Assembly (NCBI GenBank): GCA_010909165.1
Contig: MU008171.1
Span: 62,001 to 126,000 of the forward strand
DNA: 64,000 nucleotides
From: Anthoceros angustus
Lineage: Eukaryota > Plantae > Anthocerotophyta
Direction of reading: 5' to 3'
The first letter of the stretch is position 1. Each line of letters starts with the position of its first letter. Of the stretch, positions 25,387 through 36,490 are shown piece after piece. A program made the translations under genes and the position numbers. The notes under the pieces are model-generated. The model did no database searches. It saw only the letters and a program-made list of their open reading frames with translations, and was not told the origin of the DNA.

Positions 25387-27942
25387 ATGACAGGGATGAC
25401 AAAAGCTACCTTAGAGGGAGGCGGTTTGAGCAGTGGTCATCCAAGGGCCACCAGCATCTCCATATGGCAGGCTGCTTCAGGGCCCAAGGTATGACACACG
25501 CAAGGGAGAGCATGGGAGAGGGACGCGCCGGAGGCCTCGCTCACACATGCAAAGGAGGCCTAGGCAGGGCCAGGGCGTAGGCACGGCAAGGCAAGGCAAG
25601 GGCCTGGCGCGAGTCAGGGAATGGTGACGTTGCCCGCCTGGATTGCACACACCTGTTCCAGAACGGAAGCAGTGCAAGATTCCCGACAGGGCGGAGAAGC
25701 CATGGATTTCCCGCTGCGGCCGCCTGCAGGAGGTTGGCGCAGGTAACCAAGATTGCAAGAGGGAGCGGGACAAGAAGGGCATCCGATGGAGTGGGGAAGG
25801 CGCGTGAGCTCCCGAGGCAGGGATGCAGCGCCAGCGTACCGCAGAAGCAAGAAACGCAAGAGGAGACGGGCTGCTGCGACCCGAGGTCGAGGGCGAGGCG
25901 ATAGCGATAAGGAAAAGGGCAAGGCCAGACGCAAGGCAAGGCAAGGCAGAGAAGGGCAGGGCAAGGCAGGTAAAGCAGGCAGAGGGAAGGAAGACATGGA
26001 TCCTGTGCTACGGCCCTGCCTTTGGCCAGGCCAACTTGAAGCAGGCAGACGGGCAACCGCGACGGGGCGGCCGTCGGAACGGGACGGCACGGCCCACGCC
26101 ACGCCACGCTCGTCACCTACATATAAGTTGGTTATATGGGTATATGGTATTTCACCTTCAAGTAGGCCTTTTTGTTTTTTAAGCATCATATAATACCTTT
26201 TCCAATCTTTTACAATCTTTTGAATCTTAAATAATTTTAAAATAATTTTAGTAATAGTAATAATTATAGTAATTTTACCCTTTTTATTTCTAATTTTTAC
26301 TACTCATTTCTTTATAAAACTAAATAATAATCTTTTATCTACTTTTTATCTCTTTTAATATCGTTCAATTTTTATAATATTTTACACACATCACGGATTT
26401 ATTTTTCTTCATTTTAATATTGTTAAATTATTTTTATATAATTTATTTAATAAAAAACCTCTTTCTCTATCTATTTCTTATACCTCTAATCTTTTTTTCT
26501 TCAATCTTTTTGATTTATTTATCATAATATGATGAGTTATCTATATCTATTCTAAACTATTCCCATTTAGATCTATTCATCATTATTCACTTATATTTAT
26601 TTATCGAAGAAAAAGTAAATGAAAGTAAGACCTTTATTTATCTTTCTATCATTTTTATCTACATTGTACCGAAATAAATAATATTAATTATTACTATTAT
26701 TATTATTACTATTATTATTATATCTCTAAATTATGTTTTTCTTTTTCTTTTTTTCTTTTGTTTCATCCATCCCTATTTAATTTTTTATCCTCATTTTTTA
26801 TCTTTTTTATTTCAATTTTGTTTAAGTTATTATTTTCTTTATGAAGCCCTTTTCTTCCGCATCCGTTAGAATACGCTTACCCGTATGTGGAAAATTATTC
26901 CAACCTCATATGAGGCATCACATGAGCTAGGTTCACAAAGACCGAGCTAAGTTCACAAAAGACTTAAATCGGAGGAATTGGGAAGCTCAAGTAAAGCTTG
27001 TATCTTCCACTACTACTGTCCTTTCGACTTTGCTTGTGCTACTCCCATCGAGCCTGCAGGTCTGGCTACTCCCATCGAGCCTTCATGTCTGGTTGCTCCC
27101 ATGAGTCTCCTTCGACGTTGCGTCAAGCTATTCCCATGGGGCCTCCGCCGGAGTCTTAGTAGTGGTTGCAGCTTCTAGCTGGTAGAAGACGCGACACCTC
27201 ACGTTTTTTGATGGTTTCCTAAAACGAGTGCATGACATTTCCCAAGACGAGTGGATATGATGGACGTTCGCATTACATCTATCGCACTTCTACTCCATTT
27301 AGACATCCATGTATGTACATGAGCTATGAGGAGCGCCTAGTCGATCCCCTAGATTGTCGACCCAACTCGTACTTGGGGCACCTTTGCTATCAATTGGCTA
27401 CCAAGGATCGTACCTTCTCAATTTGTCGAGATTCGTCTCAATCGCAAAGTGTTTGAAAGTACATTCCAAGGGTCAATTACTTGTTTTAAAGCAATTTGTT
27501 TCATAGCAATCTAATTTCATACGCCTCATCTAACTCAAGAACAGAATTGCGGACAACATAGGTAGTTCCAGTCGTCCGTTTTCTAGTCGTCACTTCCTCC
27601 ATGTAGCACCAAAATCAGAATCTCGTGTAACATATGTTCGTAGAAGCACGGGGTGCTTTGTCCATCACCAGCGTTGATGCCTTTTCTCCCGAGGTTGGCC
27701 ATCTCCGTCGTGCCAGCTCCATATCCTGCCCTTCCACTCAACAGGGCCGTTGGGCTGCCCAGCTTCGGTGCCAAGTTCTCAAGACTGTCCATTGGCTCAT
27801 TCTCCCTCCAGTTTCCTACAGCTGCTGACACCCTTTCGCAAGAACTTGTATTGGAACTCCTCCAGCGCTAGGGAACTTATAGTGGTAGATCAGGGCAGAT
27901 CCAGCTGGTAGGTAATGCAGGCAAGCATGACCAACGGGATCC

Positions 27943-30900
27943 ATGGCTGCCTGGACCGTGGCAACTGGTTGGCAGCAGGACCAGTCGTGGGCACGGTTTT
28001 CTTGGACCCAACAACAAAGTGGTTGTCTTGGGTTGACAGGTGCCGTTGTTGGAAGAGCTCCCGCTCACCTGACTTCCATGAACCAACCGGTGGCAACCTT
28101 ACGAGCCGATGCCGCCAGGTGCAGCAGCACCTTGCCAGCAAATGCAGCCCCAGCCCGTCCTGGGCAGGATCCTGCTCCACTTATGCCTGCAAAAGGTGAA
28201 AGGGATGTAACTGCTGAAACCGTGAGCAAGCTATGTTTGGAGGGCCATCTAAGGGAGGCTGTCGAGAGTTTGGGGGTCTTGGTGGAGACGGACTGCTGTA
28301 TTTCCAGGTCTCTCTTTTACACGGTGCTCAGGAAATGTATGGCGGAGAGGGATCTTGTCCTGGGGCGGCGCGTGCATGCTTTCAGTGTGAGAAACGGGTA
28401 CCGTTCGGATACCTTCCTGGGCAACCACATCCTGCGGATGTATGGTTATCATGGCAGGTTGCAAGACGCGACGGATGTGTTCACCGATGTTGCCAGACCA
28501 GATGCCTTCATGTGGTCTTCCCTGATTTCTGCGCATGTCAAACAGGGACAAGGCAAGGAGGCCCTGGAGCTGTATCATCGGATGCGCAGGTTAGGCGTGA
28601 AGCCGAATGGCCATGTATTTGTGACAGCCCTACAGGCCTGCGCAAAGGGAGGAGACCTGGAGACTGGGCAGGAGCTGCATGCTCACGTGTTGGCTGCTGG
28701 CGTTGAGCCTGATTTGTTCGTTTGCAGTTCCTTGGTGGATATGTATGCAAAGTGTGGCAGCATGGAAGATGCTCACAGAGTGTTTGACGGACTCCGTCAG
28801 AAGAATGTGGTAACGTGGACTGCGTTGATTGCAGGATATTCCCAGCAGGGCATGGGGCAAGAAGCACTTCGGCTTTACAGGGATATGCAAGCAGAGGGTG
28901 TTGCTATACCCAATTCCGTGACATTTGTGTGCCTCCTGCAAGCCTGTGCAAGTGTTGGCGCCCCAGGTTTGGAGATGGGGAAGCAGCTGCACGCACAGAT
29001 CAGGGAACAAGGACATCAAGCTGATGCCTTTGTAGCCAACAGTTTGGTGAACATGTACGCCAAGTGTGGCAGTTTGGAAAATGCTCAAAAAGTGTTTGAC
29101 GGGCTTGCTCGAAAAGATGTGGCGACGTGGAATGCCATGGTGGCAGGGTATTCCCAGCAGGGCATGGGGCAGGAAGCCCTTCGAGTTTATGACGCCATGC
29201 AGCAAGAAGGTACAGTTGCCCCAGACTCCGTGACCTTTGTGTGTCTCCTGCAGGCATGTGCAGGTGTAGGCACCTCAGCTCTTGAGGTGGGGAGGCAGCT
29301 TCATGCACAGATCAGAGGTGGAGGACATGAAGCTGATATGTTTGTTGCCAACAGCTTGGTGAAAATGTATGCCAAGTGTGGCAGCTTAGCCGATGCTCAG
29401 AAAGTGTTTGATGAACTTGGTCGGAAGGATGTGGTAACATGGAATGCCATGATTGCAGCATATTCTCAGCAGGACATGGGTCTCGAAGCCCTTCATCTGT
29501 ACAGTGCTATGCAAGAAGAGGGCATGGTTGTACCAGATTCCGTCACATTTGTTTGCGTCCTGCAGGCATGTGCAAGTGTGGGCCACTTGGCTTTGGAGAA
29601 GGGGAAGCAGCTACATTTGCAGATTAGAGAAAGAGGCCATCAAGCTGATGAGTTTGTAGCCAGCAGCTTGTTAAAGATGTATACCAAGTGTGGTTGCTTG
29701 GAATATGCACGGCGAGTGTTTGACGGGCTTAATCATAAAGATGTGGTGACTTGGACTGCCTTGATCGCAGGGTATTCCCAGCAGGGAATGGGCCAGGAAG
29801 CCCTTCGGCTCTATAGTGCTATGAAAGACCAAGGCGTAGCTTTACCTGATTGTGTGACATTTGTGTGCCTTCTTCAAGCATGTGCCAGTGTGGGCAGCTC
29901 GGCTCTGGCAAAGGGCAAAGAGCTTCATGCGGAACTTAGAGAGCTAGGACATCAAGCTGATGTACTTGTAGCCAACAGTTTGGTGAACATGTATGCTAAG
30001 TGTGGCAGCTTGGAAGATGCTCAGAGAGTGTTTGACGGACTAGGTGAAAAAGATGTGGTGACGTGGAATGCAATTTTAGCAGGATATTCCCAGCAGGGCA
30101 TGGGGCAGGAAGCCCTTCGTCTCTACAGTGCTATGCAAGAAGGCAGCCAGGCTGTACCCGATTCCGTGACATTTGTGTGCCTCCTGCAAGCATGTGCAGG
30201 CGTAGGTACCCCAGCTTTGGAGAATGGGAGGCAGCTTCATGTGCAAATTAGACAGCTAGGATATCAAGCTGATTTGTTTGTGGCCAGCAGTTTGGTGAAC
30301 ATGTATGCAAAGTGTGGCAGCTTGGCAGATGCTCAGAAGGTGTTTAATGGGCTCGGTCATAAAGATGTGGTGATGTGGAATGCCATGATAGCAGGGTATT
30401 CCCAGCAAGGAATGGGGCACGAAGCTCTTTGTCTTTACGGTGCTATGCAAGAAGGAGGGATCACTTTGCCCAATACTGTGACATTTGTGTGTGTCCTGCA
30501 GGCTTGCGCAAGTGTGGGCACCCCGGCGTTGGAGATGGGGAAGCAGCTCCATATGCATCTTGCAAAAGGAGGACATGAAGCTGATGTGTTCATAGGCAAT
30601 GCTCTGGTGAACATGTATGCAAAGTGTGGCAGCCTGGAAGACGCCCAGATTGTGTTTGACAGACTTGTTGAAAAAAGTGTAGTGACATGGACTGCCCTGA
30701 TAGCAGGGTATACCCAGCAGGGCATGGGGCTGGAAGCCCTTTATCTCTACAACGCTATGCAAGGAGAAGGCATAGCTGTACCTGACTCCGTCACGTTTGT
30801 GTGCCTGCTGCAGGCATGTGCAAACGTGGCAGCTTTGCATCTGGGAAGGCAGCTACACGCACAGATTAGAGAACAGGGTCTTCAAGTCGATGTGTTTATA

Positions 30901-31575
30901 GGTGGCAGTTTGATAAACATGTATGGAAAGTCAGGGAGCATGGTTGATGCACAGCAGGTGTTTGATGTGTTACCCGAAAGGAACATATTCATTTGGAGTG
31001 CACTAATTGCAGGCTACACATGTCACGGAGAGAGTGAAGTCGTTTTTGACTTGGTTCAAAGAATGACAGAGGATGGCATACAGCCAGTTGGCATCACATT
31101 CCTTAGTGTACTGACAGTATGCAGTCATGCGGGTCTAGTTGAACAGGGAAGAGAGTGCTTTGAGGCTATGAGCATATACTACGGCATCACTCCCATGGTG
31201 GAGCACTACACATGCATGGTGGATCTCCTGAGCCGTGCTGGCCAACTGGATGAGGCACTAGCTTTGCTAATATCAATGCCTGCATTGCCAAATGCTGCAA
31301 TTTGGCACACATTGTTGGGTGCTTGTCGAAAATGGAGCAACGTGGAGGTCGGACGCCATGCTTTCAATGAAGCAGTTATGCTAGATAAAGGAGATATTGC
31401 AGCGTATGTGTTGATGTGGAACATATACGCTGGTGCTCAGATGTGGGAGGAGGCAGAGGAGGTGCTGGCAAGGAGGAGAAGAATGAGGACATGGAAGCAG
31501 CCAGGTCAGAGCTGGTGGACAGACACGGATGGAGTAGTGCATAGCTTTTTAGTTGGAGAAGGAAATATACAGTGA
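27943..31575 (+). CDS. Intronless PLS-class PPR protein with E1-E2 and a truncated WW-type DYW start (E+); organellar RNA-editing specificity factor
   Basis: 1210-aa ORF with ~29 P/L/S motifs, P2-L2-S2 (CSHAGLVEQG, EHYTCMVDLLSRAG), E1 and E2. It ends PGQSWWTDTDGVVHSFLVGE with no HxE/CxxC deaminase motifs before the stop. Confidence 0.95.
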   Translation: MAAWTVATGWQQDQSWARFSWTQQQSGCLGLTGAVVGRAPAHLTSMNQPVATLRADAARCSSTLPANAAPARPGQDPAPLMPAKGERDVTAETVSKLCLEGHLREAVESLGVLVETDCCISRSLFYTVLRKCMAERDLVLGRRVHAFSVRNGYRSDTFLGNHILRMYGYHGRLQDATDVFTDVARPDAFMWSSLISAHVKQGQGKEALELYHRMRRLGVKPNGHVFVTALQACAKGGDLETGQELHAHVLAAGVEPDLFVCSSLVDMYAKCGSMEDAHRVFDGLRQKNVVTWTALIAGYSQQGMGQEALRLYRDMQAEGVAIPNSVTFVCLLQACASVGAPGLEMGKQLHAQIREQGHQADAFVANSLVNMYAKCGSLENAQKVFDGLARKDVATWNAMVAGYSQQGMGQEALRVYDAMQQEGTVAPDSVTFVCLLQACAGVGTSALEVGRQLHAQIRGGGHEADMFVANSLVKMYAKCGSLADAQKVFDELGRKDVVTWNAMIAAYSQQDMGLEALHLYSAMQEEGMVVPDSVTFVCVLQACASVGHLALEKGKQLHLQIRERGHQADEFVASSLLKMYTKCGCLEYARRVFDGLNHKDVVTWTALIAGYSQQGMGQEALRLYSAMKDQGVALPDCVTFVCLLQACASVGSSALAKGKELHAELRELGHQADVLVANSLVNMYAKCGSLEDAQRVFDGLGEKDVVTWNAILAGYSQQGMGQEALRLYSAMQEGSQAVPDSVTFVCLLQACAGVGTPALENGRQLHVQIRQLGYQADLFVASSLVNMYAKCGSLADAQKVFNGLGHKDVVMWNAMIAGYSQQGMGHEALCLYGAMQEGGITLPNTVTFVCVLQACASVGTPALEMGKQLHMHLAKGGHEADVFIGNALVNMYAKCGSLEDAQIVFDRLVEKSVVTWTALIAGYTQQGMGLEALYLYNAMQGEGIAVPDSVTFVCLLQACANVAALHLGRQLHAQIREQGLQVDVFIGGSLINMYGKSGSMVDAQQVFDVLPERNIFIWSALIAGYTCHGESEVVFDLVQRMTEDGIQPVGITFLSVLTVCSHAGLVEQGRECFEAMSIYYGITPMVEHYTCMVDLLSRAGQLDEALALLISMPALPNAAIWHTLLGACRKWSNVEVGRHAFNEAVMLDKGDIAAYVLMWNIYAGAQMWEEAEEVLARRRRMRTWKQPGQSWWTDTDGVVHSFLVGEGNIQ

Positions 31576-31685
31576 GGCAAATGCTTTTATGTTTCAAAAC
31601 ACTGTGAAATACCTGTCGCCGTAAATGTGTGGCTGTTAGGAAAATCTATCCATTTATTAAGTAGGAATTCTATTGGTGTACACAT

Positions 31686-31774
31686 GGCTTAGGCCCAATG
31701 GACACTCATTTTTAAGAACGCCGTTATTAAGTCCTACGCTTCGATCGGGGTGGGTCCTTAAAAGGGAGTGGATG
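31686..31774. repeat. Inverted copy of dispersed repeat family B
   Basis: AATGGACACTCATTTTTAAGAACGCCGTTATTAAG...AAAGGGAGTGGATG is approximately the reverse complement of 6929-7017. Confidence 0.7.
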
Positions 31775-31841
31775 ATGGTGAGGAAATTGAACATAAAGCA
31801 AAATTTGATTATATTTATTTTTTACATCTCTGGGTGTACAA

Positions 31842-31922
31842 GCAGCTTTGGCCGAGTGGTTAAGGCGTGTGCCTGCTAAGTACATGGGTTCGCCCGCGAG
31901 AGTTCGAAGCTCTCAGGCTGCG
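31842..31922 (+). tRNA. trnS-GCT: tRNA-Ser(GCT), nuclear, with long variable arm
   Basis: Acceptor GCAGCTT/AGGCTGC with G discriminator; A box TGGCCGAGTGG; anticodon arm TGTGC-CTGCTAA-GTACA; T arm GAGAG-TTCGAAG-CTCTC. CAA lies upstream and TTTT downstream. Confidence 0.95.
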
Positions 31923-32227
31923 ATTTTGTCGCGAGAACCTCGCCAAAACAGTCCACCCACTCTTATCCACCCTCCTGGACAGGCGGACCCCGGCAAGCTG
32001 AGGCCTATCGCGGTCCGGCCTGAGAGGCTGCTGCTGATCTGGTCGATCACGGCCGATTGTAGCTTGGCTGATCGCTGCTCCAGGCCCTGACCAAGTCTTG
32101 ATGGCCGATCGGCTACCTTAAGGCCGCTCAGGTCCGATGAACCCGACACGATCGCCTATGTCCTGGTTGATTAAGCCATCGCTCATCAGCGATCTGCCGT
32201 AATCACGGCCTGGCTTGACCTGGTTGA

Positions 32228-32455
32228 ACCGAGCAAACGCAGTCATAGTGTCCTCTATGACGGATTACCGAGCAAACGCGGTCATAGTGTCCTGTATGAC
32301 GGATTGCTCCTGGAATCCGCCAATAACATGAGGATGCTCCTGGAATCCGCCAATAACATTAGGATACTCCTGGAATCCGCCAACAACATTAGGATGCTCC
32401 TGGAATCCGCCAATAACATTAGGATACTCCTGGAATCCGCCAATAACATTAGGAT
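32228..32455. repeat. Compound minisatellite: 2 x 39 bp followed by 5 x 30 bp
   Basis: ACCGAGCAAACGC... at 32228 and 32267. (G/A)CTCCTGGAATCCGCCAATAACATTAGGAT x5 at 32306-32455 with no spacers. Confidence 0.95.
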
Positions 32456-32466
32456 GTGGTAGAGAC

Positions 32467-33470
32467 GAAGAAGAAGAAATTTATTTTAGTCCACTAAGGA
32501 CGGATTTCCGTCATGGGACCAAAATATTATAACTATATAGATTGTGGTAAAATAGTTTGGATGAATATAAAGGTAAAATTCAAACAAAATAAATAACCTT
32601 CAATCAATCAATAGTGTCAATGAAATTGCGTGAACGAGGGCCAAACACCACCAATTCATCCCCACGAAAGAAAGCCACTAGAAGGCAGCACAAATCTGCG
32701 CCCACCCAGTTGCACCCAGGCCTCTAATCCTGCAGATATCTATGGAGAACTTTTCTCCTATGCAGCTCCTACTATTATTGCCCCTCGCTTAGCTGCTTTG
32801 TTCAATGAGGCTTCAGTCCATGGATTTCATGAGGCATGGTGTTGGAATGACATCCATTCCATCTTCAAGACACGTGATCCACAGCTCCCGCCCAACTACA
32901 AGTATATCATGGTTGAGTCCATCTTTGCCAAGATCTTTAGCGCCTGCTTGGAAATTATCTCTACTTCTTGGGCCGAGAATGTTGGAATCAGAGCACAACG
33001 TCAGGCTGGTTTAGTCTGGAGCGGAATACTCAAGATAATCTTGTCACTCTCATTGCTATTATTCAGGAAGCCAAGAGCAAGTGGAGGGATGATAGACATG
33101 TTTATGTTTGGTTTGTTGATTTCAAGCGAGCCTTCGACTCTATCTCCCGCGAGAAGCTCTTTGCCCGGTTTCATAGGTTGGGGTTGCCTGCTCATCTTTT
33201 ACATGCCATACAGGTTCTCTATGAAAAGGTGAAGGCCAAGATCCGCACTCCATATGCTGCTTTTGACCTTTTGGATTTGCTTTGCAATATGGGAGTGTGA
33301 CAAGGAGATCCATCTTCTCCTAACTTATTTGGGTTGTTCATTGATGAGCTGGAATCTTGGATTGCAGAGTCTGAGAATCCTGGCTGCCTCCTCTCCTTAG
33401 TATATATAGCTATTCTCTTGTATGCAGATGACATTGCCCTTTTTTCCCATTCTCCTGAGAGCAATTAGAC
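32467..33470. mobile_element. Non-LTR retrotransposon relic: minus-strand 3' tail joined to a plus-strand RT fragment (RTE-like)
   Basis: Plus-strand RT motifs IFKTRDPQLPPNYK, QAG, FVDFKRAFDSISREKLF, GV*QGDPSSPNLF and LLYADDIAL (~32730-33460, frameshifted). Family A tail at 32467-32520. Confidence 0.85.
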
Positions 33471-34474
33471 ACATTGTTCCCCATGGACGCCCACTTCTAT
33501 TTAGTGTTGTCTATTTATTTCAACTTGAAATAATTAGTAAAGTGGTTGTGAAAAGGTTAAGAAGCTTGAAATCTTGGCTCTGAAACTTGTCTTTTTGTTT
33601 CCAATCAAATCTAGGTAGGATTTTATAAGGGTGCTGAGCATGCCAGCGCCCTTTATCTATAAATGATGGTTGCATCCTTGATAATATATCCATGATATTA
33701 GGTGATATGGTTTGATAGAAGGGCTAGGAAAGTGTACACCCAACCCTGATGGATCGACTATGTTTTTGAAAAGAAACGGACTTTAAGAAAAAAAGAAACG
33801 GATTTTAAGTTTCTTTTCTTTAATGAGGAAATTAGGCATTGAAAATTCATGAAAAAACTACGAATGTGTTGCCCTTTTTTTCTCGATTGTTGAAAATTAG
33901 TATTGTCCAAAACAGATGTGTGAAGTATGAGATATGAACCCATTGCCTTGTGCACGATGATTTATCAACTAGATGCATAAGACCAGATTTTTTAACGGCA
34001 GAACTCTCTAGTCTTACCCTTTTCGGTATGGAGAAGACATCAAGGTGCTACACATCCTCTCCGAAAATCACGAAAACCCACAGTCTCCATGGCCTTCATT
34101 TCTGATCAGAAACAAGAACGACTTTTTTCCCAAATTTTTACCAGATTTAAAATTGTTTGTAAATAAGGGGTAGGTAGTTCATAACGTGGCAAACAAATTG
34201 TAAATTGGGCTCGCTCGAAAAAACGCTGTAATTTTAAGATATTATGGGGTTCATACACATAAGGACTCGATTTAAGTCCTACGGTCCTCGTCTAAACGCC
34301 ATTAATTGTTATCGTGACCTCGACAAATATTCAAGCTTCTTTTCACATGCTAATGTAAAGGACCCATTGTCCATTCCATTTGAGATTGTCCTTCTTGTCC
34401 ATTCTATGTGAGATTGACACTCTAGAGAAACCTAGCTTCAAACATCCTCACCGAATTCAAGCTATGATCAAGAG

Positions 34475-34630
34475 GCTGAAGAAGAGCATTTTCGTAGACG
34501 CAACCTGACTTTATAAGTCACCTTACAATGGACGGTGATATTCACAAATAAAGCTGAAGAAGAGCATTTTCTTAGACGCAACCTGACTTTATAAGTCACC
34601 TTACAATGGACGGTGATATTCACTAATAAA
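34475..34630. repeat. Direct duplication, 2 x 78 bp
   Basis: GCTGAAGAAGAGCATTTTC begins at 34475 and 34553. Confidence 0.9.
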
Positions 34631-35924
34631 TGATATCACGAACAACAATATTGTTAATCATTATAGCGACAATTTTAAAGAGAAAGATTATGATGTTTCG
34701 TCATTAAGAATGAAAGGAGCTTTGCAACAACAAGACCTTTGGAGTATTGTAGTTAGATAGTATTCCAAAAGTCTTTCTCTATGATTAGAGGTGTGATCAA
34801 AGTTAAACAAGTGCTTCAAGTGTTTGTTACATTGATTGTAATAGAAAGTACAAGTATTTATGTAGAATAGGTGGTAATAGATGGTCGTATCCAAATAACC
34901 AACGAACTACTTAAGTTAAGAACCTACTTCTAGCTCTAAGAATTGATTAATTATATTGATTAATTATAATTTTAGGGATTTATAGGTACCCTAGATAATA
35001 CTCTAAATAGGTAAGTATTTCATCACATCCACTAACTATTTTTTATTATAGTTCTTCCTAAAATCAACTTTCCATTTCCAACCACTAGGAGCAAAAGATG
35101 GGCCTTCACATTTGCTTAGAGCTTATTGATGAACAAGATCGATGTAAAGATGACAAGAGACTAGTCTCCAAATTTCGTGCATAGATACCACGTTAATCTC
35201 GATGTAAACTTGTGGTCTCCAAGTAGCGTGCACAGATAGCACTTGCGTGGCAACATTCCTTTCACATTGACTTACAAACTTCATTTCATCTTGAATCTAG
35301 AAGTAGAATAATAAATGTTATGTTGTTAGTGCTCTACGGAGTTACTCCATATCAAAAATCCCATATCATACCCTCGTCTCCGCAGTGTGCGGGCCGCCAA
35401 TTGTTAGTGCATTACAGGTTACCTCCGCATCAAAAATCCCGGTGCGGGACATTGATGTATACTTTGAAATATTCATAAAGTCTCCTAATTTGCTAAAAAA
35501 GAAAAGTAGTGTGCATTTCAGTTCATAGATTTACATATATGAGTTATAATATGGTATTACCACTTGCAAGGAAACCTTCGTAGGCTCAATCCAATTTGAG
35601 ATCGGGTAATTGTATTCGAATGTTAAACTATTGTTCACTTCAATTTCGTCTGGATATATCTTCCTCTAGATATCTTCGTCTACTCAGGTTTACGGTATTT
35701 TTACTTTCATTTAGATGTTTCAGTTGTCCACTCAACATAATATCTACAAACAAGTAACAAGTAAATATATATTCTTGACCTACAATGGAACTAATAGCAA
35801 CTCAATGAAAATTATAATTAAATTTTTTTAAATTTTTTAATAAAATTATTATAATAATTTCTTCCGTGTTTAGACTAAGATATCAGTAGCTACAATATCA
35901 AACCAGGTAAATACTTAAAGAGAT

Positions 35925-36490
35925 TTTATTGAGGTGAAAAAACGATGGGAAAAGCCCATCTAGGAGGTAAAACCAAAGGGGACCAGGGGGTTAGTGATGA
36001 CCTGAGCGGAGATGGTGTCTCGTGTAGGATCGGTAACCACCACATCTGCTACCGAAACCTGGTCGCCACGGACAAGGTACAGTCGTACATTGAGCGACAT
36101 GCGGAGTATACACCCGCTCCTCCGGCCCATGGCGCTTTCATGCGATGGCGAACATGACATCGCGGATGGGGTCGTGAGTGGCAATGCGATGACCCGTGGG
36201 ACAACGAGCAAGGTGTACCCCAAAATCATCGAGGGCAAAGCCGCACTCGCAAGTAAGGGCGAAGCCACGGTGGGCGAGCCAAGAGATGTAATCGCATCGC
36301 GATGGTGAAGGTGGTTGGTGCGATGTGAAAACCCCGTATGCATGGGCGGGCCAATAGCCAAGCACCTGCGCCCTTCCCAGAACAAGAGCGGAGCCGCGCT
36401 CTTGTGGACCTAGGGATGGAGGGGTCCTGGAGGACAGACTGGAAAGCCTGGCCGAACTGCTTCTCGAGCAGGGAAAATGGATCACTACTT
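35925..36490 (-). mobile_element. CRE-clade non-LTR retrotransposon fragment with internal deletion
   Basis: RARLRSCSGKGAGAWL, zinc finger CECGFALDDFGVHLARC..GHRIATHD and endonuclease ADVVVTDP are spread over three frames, then join directly to the 3' UTR. Confidence 0.8.

Noticed and set aside
29900-31300. Plastid ndhD (GLVRINM segment, from memory) as the PPR target
   Set aside because: It fits only the 3' half of the predicted motif; the upstream codons conflict and I cannot check the organellar sequence.
31576-31692. In-frame HCE...GKSIHLLSRN after the PPR stop as a residual DYW active site
   Set aside because: It is far too close to the PG/WW box, has no CxxC and shows only weak similarity; probably chance.
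32306-32455. 30-bp repeats as a CRISPR array
   Set aside because: The units are head-to-tail with no unique spacers, there are no cas genes, and the context is eukaryotic.
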